From the NCBI GenBank assembly GCA_963842885.1, contig CAWJIE010000005.1, forward strand, positions 128,001 through 192,000: a stretch of 64,000 bases of DNA. The letters run 5' to 3'. This document shows positions 1-8,856 of this stretch, in pieces. The translations under genes and the position numbers were made by a program. The notes under the pieces were generated by a model. The model made no database searches and was not told the origin of the DNA. It worked only from the letters and a program-made list of their open reading frames with translations. Each line of letters starts with the position of its first letter. The first letter of the stretch is position 1. This stretch comes from an uncultured Nitrososphaerota archaeon. Lineage in GTDB: Archaea; Thermoproteota; Nitrososphaeria; Conexivisphaerales; DTJL01.

Positions 1-285
1 GCGAAAGGCCCCGGCGAAGGCGGCCTCTTCGCCCAGGAGAAGCCCGATCGGGGAGTGACCTGCAAGACGTTGCTGGAGAAGCTCTGGGGCGAATCGTGGT
101 TCGGGACGCTGCGGAGCCTTTCGGAGGTGGACGAGGAGCTGGCAAGGATAGGGTACCATTACGACAAGACGGCCATCTCTCACAGCCTCACCGACCTAGT
201 CAGGGAAGGCACCTTGAGCAGGGACGGGACTCCCCGCAGCTACCGCTACGTGCAGAAGAAGCCTCCGGAGAACTCCCTAGCCTAG
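1..285 (+). CDS. winged-helix DNA-binding protein, 5'-truncated by window edge
   Basis: Frame open from base 1; C-terminal LWGESWFGTLRSLSEVDEELARIGYHYDKTAISHSLTDLVREGTLSR is wHTH-like and aligns by eye with 2176..2727. Confidence 0.7.
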   Translation, partial: AKGPGEGGLFAQEKPDRGVTCKTLLEKLWGESWFGTLRSLSEVDEELARIGYHYDKTAISHSLTDLVREGTLSRDGTPRSYRYVQKKPPENSLA

Positions 286-774
286 CTTCCCGAGGGACTT
301 CGCCAGCCAGTTGACGCCGGTCGTAGTGATGTAGTAAAAGACGCCGTTGTCGGAGGCAAGCCGGTCGGCGTGGCCGGCCTTCGTCATCTCGCTCAACCTC
401 GAGCTTATGCTCTTCGGGTTGAGCCCCGTAAGGCGCTCAAGGTCCTGAAGGGTGGCCTTGTCCGAACTGAGCTTGGCCGCCTCCAAGCCAATCTTCAGCG
501 ACACCAGCTGGAGGGCGATCAGCATCTTGTCGCTGAGCTTGGCGTCTGTGATGACGCGGGGGCCTTCAGGCGTCATGCGCACATAGTCCTGGAAGATGTT
601 CGTGAGTTCAGAGAGGGAGTAGTTCAGCACGAGGGTCTTCGCCAGCTCGAGTGTGGGTATCTGCTTTGCCATCAGGTTGTTGAAGCTGACAGCGACCTCC
701 TCCGGCGCGCCAATCAGGTCGGCTTCGAAGCCGTCGAAGTTGACGTGAACGCGGACCTCCTTTTTCTCAGACAA
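277..774 (-). CDS. winged-helix (MarR-like) protein with N-terminal beta-hairpin domain
   Basis: TTG start; N-term VRVHVNFDGFEADLIG; C-term LERLTGLNPKSISSRLSEM...YYITTTG wHTH/wing. Confidence 0.75.
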   Translation of the reverse strand: MSEKKEVRVHVNFDGFEADLIGAPEEVAVSFNNLMAKQIPTLELAKTLVLNYSLSELTNIFQDYVRMTPEGPRVITDAKLSDKMLIALQLVSLKIGLEAAKLSSDKATLQDLERLTGLNPKSISSRLSEMTKAGHADRLASDNGVFYYITTTGVNWLAKSLGKLG

Positions 775-849
775 ATCTCAAGACCTCATTGTTTCTAGAT
801 CGCGACGTCTTGCGATGTAGTGCCCTCACTCGGCGTTAAAAGACTTGCG

Positions 850-872
850 GGTTCTGGGAAGTTATCGGTTGA
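850..872. repeat. terminal inverted repeat at tnpB 3' end
   Basis: Reverse complement matches 2093-2115 at 19/23. Confidence 0.75.
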
Positions 873-2053
873 CTCTTCCCTTCGAGACATCGACTCTGAG
901 GATTACAGGCATCGTCTGGTTCCCCTTCATCGCTTCAACTGCCTCGCCTTTGGAATGGGCGAACCTCACCCACCCTTTGTGCGAGATGTTCATGACGGCG
1001 ACCAAGTCCCGGTCGAACCACTTCCCGCACTTCGGACACCAGAGCTGTCTATCATGCTGGACGTCCTCTCTTGCTGCCCCTTGGAGTCTCTCCCCGCATC
1101 GGTAACAGTTCGACGACGTCCCTCTGGTCTCGGCTTCAGTCAGACGTATCACCGGGATGCCGGCCCACGCAGCCTTGTACTCGATCTGCCTCTTGATCTC
1201 GGCGTAGGGCCAGCTGTTCATCATCCCCCTGTAGCTCCTCCCCTGCCCGTTCCCTTTCTGGTAAAGCCTCCTGATATCTCGGATGTCTTCGAAGGCGATT
1301 GCTTGCTTATCCTTCACTGCGTCAGCTACGACCATTTTGGAGACTCTGTGGAGGATGTTCTGGATGCGGCCGCGTTTCCTCCTTCCGTACTTCGACGCTA
1401 TCCTCTTCCCAACCCGGACATCGTTCCTCTTGAAGGACCTGACCGCGCTCTTCGTAATCTCTGCTATGTCCACGGCCTTCGCCATGCCATAGTAGGTCAC
1501 CTTCCTATCGCCGCCCACCGTCAGGTTGCGAAGGTTCCTGTCTACCCCGACAGCGCTGGCCAGGCCCTTCAACTCCTCCACCTCTTTCGAATAGGAGACT
1601 GACAGCGATGTCTCCGTCAGCGTGAAGGAGTTCGCCTTCAGCGTCGTGTCGGACAGGACGTGCAATGTGTGCCTGTTCAGCGGTATCTCCTCATGCTTGC
1701 GATCTCCAGTTGGTATGCTAAGGACGCCATTGGTGACCTTGAAGCCATAGCAGGAGGTCAGCATCGGCCTACTCAGGTATGGAGACTTCGTCTGATTTCC
1801 CCTCCTAATCGATTTCTTCCTCGATGCCAGGATGCCGGCGGCCTTTGAAATGGCGCACAGCTTGTAGTAAGAGGGGACGCGGAACCTTGAAAGGCTTTGA
1901 TATGAAAGGAGGCTCAGGCGTCGGAGGGTCGAAGCGTCGCCGGACAGCCCTATGCGGATGCACTCATTCGTCATCTCCTTGAACGACCGCATGAAGATCT
2001 AGGACTTCCGATGAGGGAGAATATGACTGCCGCACCGCCTTCCTGGCCAGCAA
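862..2053 (-). CDS. tnpB: RNA-guided endonuclease TnpB (Cas12f-like), +1 frameshift near codon 20
   Basis: RuvC motifs GVDRN, AFEDI, DRDLVA intact; CxxC...CxxC zinc finger; out-of-frame N-terminus MLARKAVRQSYSPSSEVLDL from TTG 2053 joins ORF 862..1992. Confidence 0.9.
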
Positions 2054-2060
2054 TTCAGAA

Positions 2061-2093
2061 ATGCAGTACGGAATCACTATTAAGGGCCTGCAT
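2061..2093 (-). promoter_or_regulatory. putative tnpB promoter
   Basis: TATA-like CTTAATA (minus, 2078-2084) about 25-30 nt upstream of TTG 2053, enclosed by ATGCAG...CTGCAT inverted repeat. Confidence 0.45.
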
Positions 2094-2115
2094 CAGCCGA
2101 CAACTTCCCAAAGCC
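2093..2115. repeat. terminal inverted repeat at tnpB 5' end
   Basis: Matches reverse complement of 850-872 at 19/23. Confidence 0.75.
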
Positions 2116-2175
2116 GACTAGCGTAACTCAGCGAAGAGGTCGCACGACCGTGGAAAGCGTACGCCCTTCTGTGCG

Positions 2176-2727
2176 TCACGGGCCGGCGACGGAAGCGTCG
2201 AAGACGGATGGAGTCGAACCAGGTCTCTCCTGGGCGGCCTGTTGGTATTCGGCGCCCGACTGTAGCAGGCTCGTGGAGGAGGTGTACAGGAAGTCGCCGT
2301 CAGGGCCCTTGAACCTCCTGAGCTTCCCCTCCTGTGCCAGCCGGAGCAGCGCCACTGCCACGGACTGCCTCGGGTAAACGAGGCCGAAGGACTCGAGGGC
2401 GCCCTTGACCTCTAGGAGGCGCCTGGGGGTCCTCCCCCATGAGGAGCCGAAGAGCTTCGTCATGATGCTGGGGAGCGATTCCCCCTTCTCCACCCTGAGC
2501 TCGGGGAGGTCCTGAAAGGGCGCCTGCTGGGCCTGCACGTTCGCCGGAGGCTGAGCTAGCGTCACGGGCGGAGGAATCGACGAAGGCTTCTCAGACGCCA
2601 TCCCTTCGACAATGGCAGGGACGAGCTCGATGAGGTCCTCCAAGGAGTCCTTCGGACCCTCGATTTCAACTTCGTTTGCACCGACCTTGACCCTGACCCT
2701 TACGTTATCAGAAGACATCGTAAACAA
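2176..2727 (-). CDS. winged-helix protein with N-terminal VRVKVGANEVEIEG domain
   Basis: Beta-hairpin N-term, Pro-rich linker, C-terminal wHTH (SWGRTPRRLLEV...SVAVALLRLAQEGKLRR). Confidence 0.75.
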   Translation of the reverse strand: MFTMSSDNVRVRVKVGANEVEIEGPKDSLEDLIELVPAIVEGMASEKPSSIPPPVTLAQPPANVQAQQAPFQDLPELRVEKGESLPSIMTKLFGSSWGRTPRRLLEVKGALESFGLVYPRQSVAVALLRLAQEGKLRRFKGPDGDFLYTSSTSLLQSGAEYQQAAQERPGSTPSVFDASVAGP

Positions 2728-2799
2728 GGTTGGAGAATGCCGATATAACGGTTTCCTGGGAAGGCTACGAAAGGAGAACGCTGGTCCTCAAGTATTCGT

Positions 2800-4722
2800 C
2801 TACTTCGATGTTTTCGCCGCGACTTCCTGGAGCTGCCGCTTCAGCTCGGCGCCGACCTTGGCGCCGTCCATCTTCCCCCTAGCCTTGGACATCACCCTGC
2901 CCATCAGGAGGCCGAACGACTCCGAGCCCTTGGATTGCACGATCTGGGAGTTCTCTCGAATCGTCTCTGCCACCAAGGCCGAGAGCTCTCCGGAGGTCAT
3001 CGCGCCCAGGCGAAGAGATTCCACCGCTTCAGCTATGCCATTCGCCTTCCTGGATAGGATGACCCTCAGGATGGCGGGCGCCGCCTCCTTGGCGATGTCC
3101 CCCCTCCCTATCCTGAGAAGAAGCTCCTCCAACAGGCTTTCGTCCACGTACCCTACGTCGAGCCCCTCCCTGCCCAGGCTGACGATGGTCTCTGTCAGGA
3201 AGGAGGCCACAAAAGTCGGCGCGAGCTTCGTCTCCCCTACGACCTTCTCGAAGAGCATGTAGTGCTCCGAGTCCAACAGGTGGTCGGCCTGCTCTTCGCC
3301 GAGCCCATGCCTGGCCATCAGTCGGCGGACCTGCTCCTCCCAGGGAGGGAGAAGCTTCTTCGACGCGACTTCTACCATCTCTGCGCTGATGGAGATGGGT
3401 GGTATGTCCGTCTCCGGATACATCCTCGCCGAGCCAGGCCGCGGCCTGATGAATCTCGTCCCCCCGTCAGTCATAGGACCTCTGGTTTCAGCAGGAGGGC
3501 CGACGAAAGCCTGCCTCAGCCTGTCCGTGATGGACCTCAGGCACAGGAGAGCACGCGTTTCCTCTCCAATCAGGAGGATGAAACCATCGCCGGGGCCACA
3601 GCCAAGTAGCTCCCTGACCTTCCTTACCTCATCGTTGGTAACGCCATAGCCGGGGAGCTCGTCGGAGTGCAGGAGGCCGCCGAGCTTGAAGAACCGGGCG
3701 ATGTCCGCCAGTTCGCGCCCCAGCCTCGTGTCGGGGTACGGCTCTTCCGAAAGGTGGCCGGCGAAGCCTGGCGCCTTCAGGCCGAAGACCGTCCCCTTCT
3801 TTAGGCCGGAGCTCACCAGCTTGCTCTGGGTCGAAGAGAAGACCCCAGTGCAGTCCTGAGGGGAGAACTCCACCTTCGATGGCTGAGCTCCCTCCTTCCT
3901 AAGCAGAGATGCCAGGTCGAGGAGCCAGAGCTGCCTCTTGGCTTCGTAACCCACCACCTGCGACACGAGGTCCAGCTGCTGGACCCCTTTGACCTCTATG
4001 ACCTCCCCCCCTCTGACGGAGACATTAATGTCCTGCCTGATGGTGCCCAGGCCCCTGTCCACCCTCCCCGTCGCCTTCAGGATCTTGCCGATCTCTCCCG
4101 CGATCTCCTGGACCTCCATCGGCTTCGCCGTGACGGGCGCGAGCGAAAGCTCGATGAGCGGGATCCCCAGCCTGTCGAGGGAGAAATCCCTCTCTCCCTC
4201 TCTCTCCTCAAGGTTCCTGGCAGCGTCCTCTTCAAGGGTGACAGAAAGTATAGGCACATCGGCCACGGCCGTCTTGAGAGTCCCTCCTAGGGCCACCACC
4301 ATCGTCCTCTGGAAGCCGGTCGTGTTGCTGCCGTCGATGACCATCTTGCGCATTACATGGACCTCGTCGACTATGTCTGACGAGAAGAGGGAGGAAATCA
4401 TGATGGAACTCTCTAACGCCTCCTGGTTCAGGTCATGCGGTGGCTCTTCGTCGGCCTCGACCAGGCAGCTGGAGTCGGCACCAGAGTAGTAGTTGAGCCA
4501 GAGGTTCTTGCTGGCTTCGAACAGGGCCGCCGGGTCCACCTTTCCGAGCTCGCTCTGGCTGGGCCGAAGCCGCCTCCGGAAGGTCCTCTCGCCGTCCTCC
4601 TTATGCTGCCCGCAGCCACAGAAGAGCTTGGTTCCGGTGTTCAGCTGGCGATGGATTTCAAGTCCGACCTTCAGGTCGATCTTCTTCGGATCAAAGGGGA
4701 AGGAAGTGTCCTTCATCTTCAC
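2800..4722 (-). CDS. gatE: Glu-tRNA(Gln) amidotransferase subunit E
   Basis: GLEIHRQL, TKLFC, MRKMVIDGSNTTGFQRT, ARMYPETDIP motifs. Confidence 0.97.
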   Translation of the reverse strand: MKMKDTSFPFDPKKIDLKVGLEIHRQLNTGTKLFCGCGQHKEDGERTFRRRLRPSQSELGKVDPAALFEASKNLWLNYYSGADSSCLVEADEEPPHDLNQEALESSIMISSLFSSDIVDEVHVMRKMVIDGSNTTGFQRTMVVALGGTLKTAVADVPILSVTLEEDAARNLEEREGERDFSLDRLGIPLIELSLAPVTAKPMEVQEIAGEIGKILKATGRVDRGLGTIRQDINVSVRGGEVIEVKGVQQLDLVSQVVGYEAKRQLWLLDLASLLRKEGAQPSKVEFSPQDCTGVFSSTQSKLVSSGLKKGTVFGLKAPGFAGHLSEEPYPDTRLGRELADIARFFKLGGLLHSDELPGYGVTNDEVRKVRELLGCGPGDGFILLIGEETRALLCLRSITDRLRQAFVGPPAETRGPMTDGGTRFIRPRPGSARMYPETDIPPISISAEMVEVASKKLLPPWEEQVRRLMARHGLGEEQADHLLDSEHYMLFEKVVGETKLAPTFVASFLTETIVSLGREGLDVGYVDESLLEELLLRIGRGDIAKEAAPAILRVILSRKANGIAEAVESLRLGAMTSGELSALVAETIRENSQIVQSKGSESFGLLMGRVMSKARGKMDGAKVGAELKRQLQEVAAKTSK

Positions 4723-6029
4723 TTCACCAACCTCCTAGAGCCAATCTCCCCCCGGAGGTTGCGCGCCATGGAGGAAGCCATCTCGGCCCGCTCAAGGCCC
4801 CGACCGACGAGCCAGCTGGCCTTGGCAAAGGCCGTCTCCGACAGCATGTCCCCGAGCGGGACGACGCCGATCCGCAGGAGGTCCCTTCCCGTGTTATAGA
4901 CCGTCATCCTTACGCTCCCCCAAATGGTCTGGGAGGTCATCCCCACGAACACTCCGGAGTCTATGGCCGCCTTGAGCTCCTTGTTGGCCGAGCTGGGCGC
5001 GTGCCCAAGGCCCGTGCCTTCGAGTATGATCGCCTTGCAGCCTTCCTTGACAAGGAAGCCTATCAGCGAGGGATTGAAGGCAGGATGGAGCTTGATGATG
5101 GAGACGTCGTTTGAGAAGGAGGGGGTGCAGGTGAAGCCCTTCAGGGAACTCCTCCTCGGCCGCAGCCCTGGGTTGAGGAGCACCTCCTGGCCGATGTGGC
5201 CGACAGGGGCAGAGTTGATCGACTCGAAGGCGTCGCGACGGCTCGAATGGTCTTTCCTGACGCGGACGCCCAGATGGACGTCCAGCTCGTCGTCGCTGAG
5301 CCCTCCGTGCATCACGACGAAGACGCCGGAGGCGTTCCCCTTCGCGGCCAGCTTGACGGCGCCGATGAGGTTCGTCGCGGCATCCGACGACGGCCTATCG
5401 CTGGATCGCTGCGAGCCAACGAGCACCACCGGGACGGGAAGGCCCTCGAGCGCGAACGAGAGCGCCGCCGCGGTGTAATGCATCGTGTCCGTGCCATGAG
5501 TGATTACGACCCCATCGTAACCTCTCCTGATTGTCTCCTCGACGCGCTTGACCAGCTCCGACCAGCGTAGAGGGGTCATGTTCTCGCTGTATATGCTGAA
5601 GAGGGCTTCGGTCTCCACTTCTGCGATGCCGGAGAGCTCTGGTACCAGATAGTAGAGCTCCTCGGAAGACAAGGCCGGCCTGACACCTCCCGTGCGGTAG
5701 TCGATGCGGGAGGCGATGGTCCCGCCCGTGCCTATTATCATGACCTTGGGCAGGCCGGGGACAAGCTTCGGCTTCGGAGGTGATTGGAAGGATGGCTCCA
5801 CGCCCTTCGAAATCAGCTTGACCTCCTTGATCCTCTGGATGGAGATTCCAGTATTGTAGCCGGTCTTCAGCTTAAGGACGACATGCTCCTCGTCGGCGAA
5901 TTCGTAGCGAGGCATCAGCACGCCGTCCACTTCTTCCCTGTCTGTCGTGACAGTCACGCGGTCACCCACGGAGACGCCGAACGCCTCCAGCTTCTTCAGA
6001 CAGGCCCCCCTGTAACCTTCCAGAACCAT
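4719..6029 (-). CDS. gatD: Glu-tRNA(Gln) amidotransferase subunit D
   Basis: GTGGTIASRIDYRTG, HGTDTM, GSQRSSDRPSSD; start re-placed at ATG 6029 (MVLEGYRG). Confidence 0.97.
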   Translation of the reverse strand: MVLEGYRGACLKKLEAFGVSVGDRVTVTTDREEVDGVLMPRYEFADEEHVVLKLKTGYNTGISIQRIKEVKLISKGVEPSFQSPPKPKLVPGLPKVMIIGTGGTIASRIDYRTGGVRPALSSEELYYLVPELSGIAEVETEALFSIYSENMTPLRWSELVKRVEETIRRGYDGVVITHGTDTMHYTAAALSFALEGLPVPVVLVGSQRSSDRPSSDAATNLIGAVKLAAKGNASGVFVVMHGGLSDDELDVHLGVRVRKDHSSRRDAFESINSAPVGHIGQEVLLNPGLRPRRSSLKGFTCTPSFSNDVSIIKLHPAFNPSLIGFLVKEGCKAIILEGTGLGHAPSSANKELKAAIDSGVFVGMTSQTIWGSVRMTVYNTGRDLLRIGVVPLGDMLSETAFAKASWLVGRGLERAEMASSMARNLRGEIGSRRLVK

Positions 6030-6150
6030 CTGAATGATCGTCCGGATGAAGCTGGTGTCTTCAGTGCTATATGAGTTGTTCGTCGGGCGACGGATTTCCC
6101 GGAGACAGCGTTTAAAGGAGACGATGGGGAAGCGAGACAGCGGACTCCGC

Positions 6151-7098
6151 ATGAAGGCCCTTGTCACCGGCGGTGCTGGTTTCATCGGGAGCAGCCTTTG
6201 TGAGGCCCTCCTGGGCGAAGGATACCGGGTCGTGGCCTTTGATGACCTGAGCACGGGCTCCCTCCTGAACATCTCCGGTCTGATGGGAAGGGCTCGATTC
6301 GAGTTCGTCAAAGGTGACTGCAGGAAGGGCGAAGACGTCCATGCGGCGATGAAAGGCGTGGATAGGGTCTTTCACCTCGCTGCGATTGCAGAAGTCCGCC
6401 CCGAGCTCTATCCCCCCACCGAAGTCATCGAGCACAACGTACTCGGAACGCAGGTCCTTCTCGAGGCATCTAGGTCCAGCGACATCGAGTCATTCGTCTT
6501 CGCGTCGTCCTCCACTGTTTACGGCGAGCCCACGGTGCTGCCGACGCCGGAGGACTACTCCCCCCTCGAACCCATATCTGTCTATGGTGCTTCCAAGCTT
6601 GCCTCGGAAGCGGTCATCTCTGGATACGTGGGCACCTACGGCCTGAACGCGGTCGCGTTACGGCTGGCTAACATTGTAGGAGAAAGGAGCCGGCGGGGAG
6701 TGATTCACGATTTCGTGACCAAGCTGACCTCTGACCCATCCAAGCTGGAGATATTAGGCGACGGCTCTCAGGCGAAGTCCTATCTCTACATCGAAGACTG
6801 CGTCCATGCGTTTCTGGCAGCCGGTCGCAGGGCGGACGGGTTCGAAGCTTATAACGTGGGGTCGGAGGATCAGGCCAACGTGAGGGAGATGGCCGCTGTC
6901 GTCAGCAAATCGATGGGGCTGAAGCCAATGTTGCATTTCACCGGCGGCGTGGACGGCGGCCGCGGATGGAAAGGGGACGTCAAGTCCATGCTGCTGGATG
7001 TCCACAAGATAAGACGGCTGGGATGGAGGCCGTCGGGGAACAGCCTTTCCGCGGTTCAGAGGACCGTCAGCGCGATGCTGAAGTTCTCAGCCCCTTGA
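6151..7098 (+). CDS. NAD-dependent epimerase/dehydratase (UDP-glucose 4-epimerase-like)
   Basis: TGGAGFIG, YGASK catalytic motif, GRGWKGDV. Confidence 0.92.
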   Translation: MKALVTGGAGFIGSSLCEALLGEGYRVVAFDDLSTGSLLNISGLMGRARFEFVKGDCRKGEDVHAAMKGVDRVFHLAAIAEVRPELYPPTEVIEHNVLGTQVLLEASRSSDIESFVFASSSTVYGEPTVLPTPEDYSPLEPISVYGASKLASEAVISGYVGTYGLNAVALRLANIVGERSRRGVIHDFVTKLTSDPSKLEILGDGSQAKSYLYIEDCVHAFLAAGRRADGFEAYNVGSEDQANVREMAAVVSKSMGLKPMLHFTGGVDGGRGWKGDVKSMLLDVHKIRRLGWRPSGNSLSAVQRTVSAMLKFSAP

Positions 7099-7125
7099 AA
7101 CAAACGCCTTAAGTATGAATCGCTC

Positions 7126-8691
7126 GTGGAACAGTGCGTGCCTGCGGCTGCCTCGAAGGGTGGGTCCGTTGTACGAGGGGTTTACCACCTGTTCGTCGGC
7201 AACATCGCCTCCACCATACTGCTGGCCGTCACCGCGATTTACGTAGGGCGGACCCTAGGTCCCTCGGCGTACGGCCTCTATGCCCTGGCTCTCGTGGCTC
7301 CAGGCTACCTGTATGTGGCCACCCAGCTGGGCCTTCAGTCAGCCGCAACGAGGTATGCGGCCAAGTACTCGGAGGAGGGGGAAGGCAAGAAGGCCGTGTC
7401 GTTCATCTACTCTCTCCTTCTTTTCCAGATGCTGCTCACCCTCGCCGGCATGGGCTTGGTCATACTGTCGTCGGGGTTCGTGGCTAACGAGTTGCTAGAC
7501 AGGCCGGAGTTGGAGGCCGTGATTCCTCTGGCCGTCGCGTCGACTTTAGGCCAGAACCTCTTCTTGACGGCTTCCGCAGGTTTCCAGGGCCTCAACAGGA
7601 TGGACAGCTCCGCGTGGCTGCAGGTCGCGGAGGCAGCCATCAAGTTGGTGGTCTCGGCAATCCTGCTGCTGACCGGCTACGCCGTGGCGGGAGCAGTGGC
7701 GGGAAACACTGTGGCGTTCATCGTCGCGGGAGTTTTGGGTCTGGCCATGGTCATACGATGGAACGGCAGCCCCCTTCCTCACGGCTGGGCCCAAGACCTC
7801 AGGATTGCCTTGCCCTACGCGGCGCCCATCTACGTCAGCGCTCTCGTGGCAGGCTTCGTTCCCCTCCTACAGAGCACGCTCATGGCCCTTTTCCTCAAGA
7901 ATAGCCAAATCGGCGGCTACGGCGCTGCCGTCAACATCTCGGCGCTTATGTCGCTCTTCGCCTATCCTATTACGACGGCGCTCTTTCCGCTTTTCAGCAG
8001 GATAGGGAATGACGAGATCAAGCTCAAGGAGACATATCTCTCCACGCTTCGCTACACCACCATCCTGATGGTCCCGCTTACGATGGCCACCATGGCGCTT
8101 TCTCTGCCTCTGACGGCGGCGGTCTACGGGCGGTCCTACCATTTCGCTGGTCCTTACCTGGCGGGCGTGGTGGCGCCCTACCTCCTGGCTGGGTTGGGCA
8201 GTCTCGCCTGGGGCTCCCTGCTCTACGGCACCGGTGAGACCAAGAAGGCACTGGTCTCCGGCGTCGCCGGCTCACTCGTGGCCGTCGTGCTCTCGGCCTC
8301 GCTCATCCCCCTTTGGGGCGTGATCGGAGCAATCGTTGCATCCTTCGCGGGGCAAGCCGCCTCCCTGGCCGTGGCTGCGCGCTATGGGAGGGCCCTCCTG
8401 CGGCTAGGACCAACTTCCAGGGGTCTCTGGCGAACGTACCTCTCCTCAGCGATTGCGGCCGTTGTCGCCTATCCAGTCACATACGTTCCAGTTCACCCGA
8501 TATTTGTCACTCTCCTCGGCGCTGTCGTCTTTCTTGCCGCCCTAGTGCCAATGATGGTCTTAACGGGATCGATCACCCGAAGCGACGTCGACACGCTGGA
8601 CGGCTACTTCGCGAGAGTGAAGCCGTTCTACTACCCGTTCAAGGCGCTTGAAGTTTATTATGGCCTCTTCGAACGCTTGCTGCGGCGCTGA
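7126..8691 (+). CDS. oligosaccharide flippase (Wzx/MOP family)
   Basis: Many hydrophobic helices; RTLGPSAYGLY, ALFPLFS motifs; glycan cluster context. Confidence 0.88.
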   Translation: MEQCVPAAASKGGSVVRGVYHLFVGNIASTILLAVTAIYVGRTLGPSAYGLYALALVAPGYLYVATQLGLQSAATRYAAKYSEEGEGKKAVSFIYSLLLFQMLLTLAGMGLVILSSGFVANELLDRPELEAVIPLAVASTLGQNLFLTASAGFQGLNRMDSSAWLQVAEAAIKLVVSAILLLTGYAVAGAVAGNTVAFIVAGVLGLAMVIRWNGSPLPHGWAQDLRIALPYAAPIYVSALVAGFVPLLQSTLMALFLKNSQIGGYGAAVNISALMSLFAYPITTALFPLFSRIGNDEIKLKETYLSTLRYTTILMVPLTMATMALSLPLTAAVYGRSYHFAGPYLAGVVAPYLLAGLGSLAWGSLLYGTGETKKALVSGVAGSLVAVVLSASLIPLWGVIGAIVASFAGQAASLAVAARYGRALLRLGPTSRGLWRTYLSSAIAAVVAYPVTYVPVHPIFVTLLGAVVFLAALVPMMVLTGSITRSDVDTLDGYFARVKPFYYPFKALEVYYGLFERLLRR

Positions 8692-8823
8692 GAAGGGATA
8701 CGCGGACTCTGTTGCGTTTTTGGCGTTCAGCCGAGGGCGCCTGTGAGCTCCGAGCTTGCAGGCGAGATTTCGGAGTTCGCAAACCAATAATCGGCCAAGA
8801 TCTACTCTGACACGCACCGAATG

Positions 8824-8849
8824 CTTATTATCCATCTTCAAGCTTGAAG
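8824..8849 (+). promoter_or_regulatory. TATA-like box plus 14-bp perfect palindrome upstream of gmd
   Basis: CTTATTA 8824-8830; CTTCAAGCTTGAAG 8836-8849. Confidence 0.4.
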
Positions 8850-8856
8850 GGTAGTC

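Larger units (their letters stand above)
850..2115 (-). mobile_element. non-autonomous TnpB-only element with 23-bp terminal inverted repeats and 8-bp target-site duplication (IS6-like ends)
   Basis: 850-872 GGTTCTGGGAAGTTATCGGTTGA vs 2093-2115 TCAGCCGACAACTTCCCAAAGCC are 19/23 inverted; flanks 842-849 GACTTGCG and 2116-2123 GACTAGCG are 7/8 direct; no transposase inside. Confidence 0.75.

Noticed and set aside
820-1602. 260-aa plus-strand ORF and many similar long alternative ORFs
   Set aside because: Antisense shadows of well-supported genes, expected at high GC
775-2175. CRISPR array or cas genes next to the Cas12f-like nuclease
   Set aside because: No repeat-spacer periodicity on either side and no cas1/2/4; treated as TnpB
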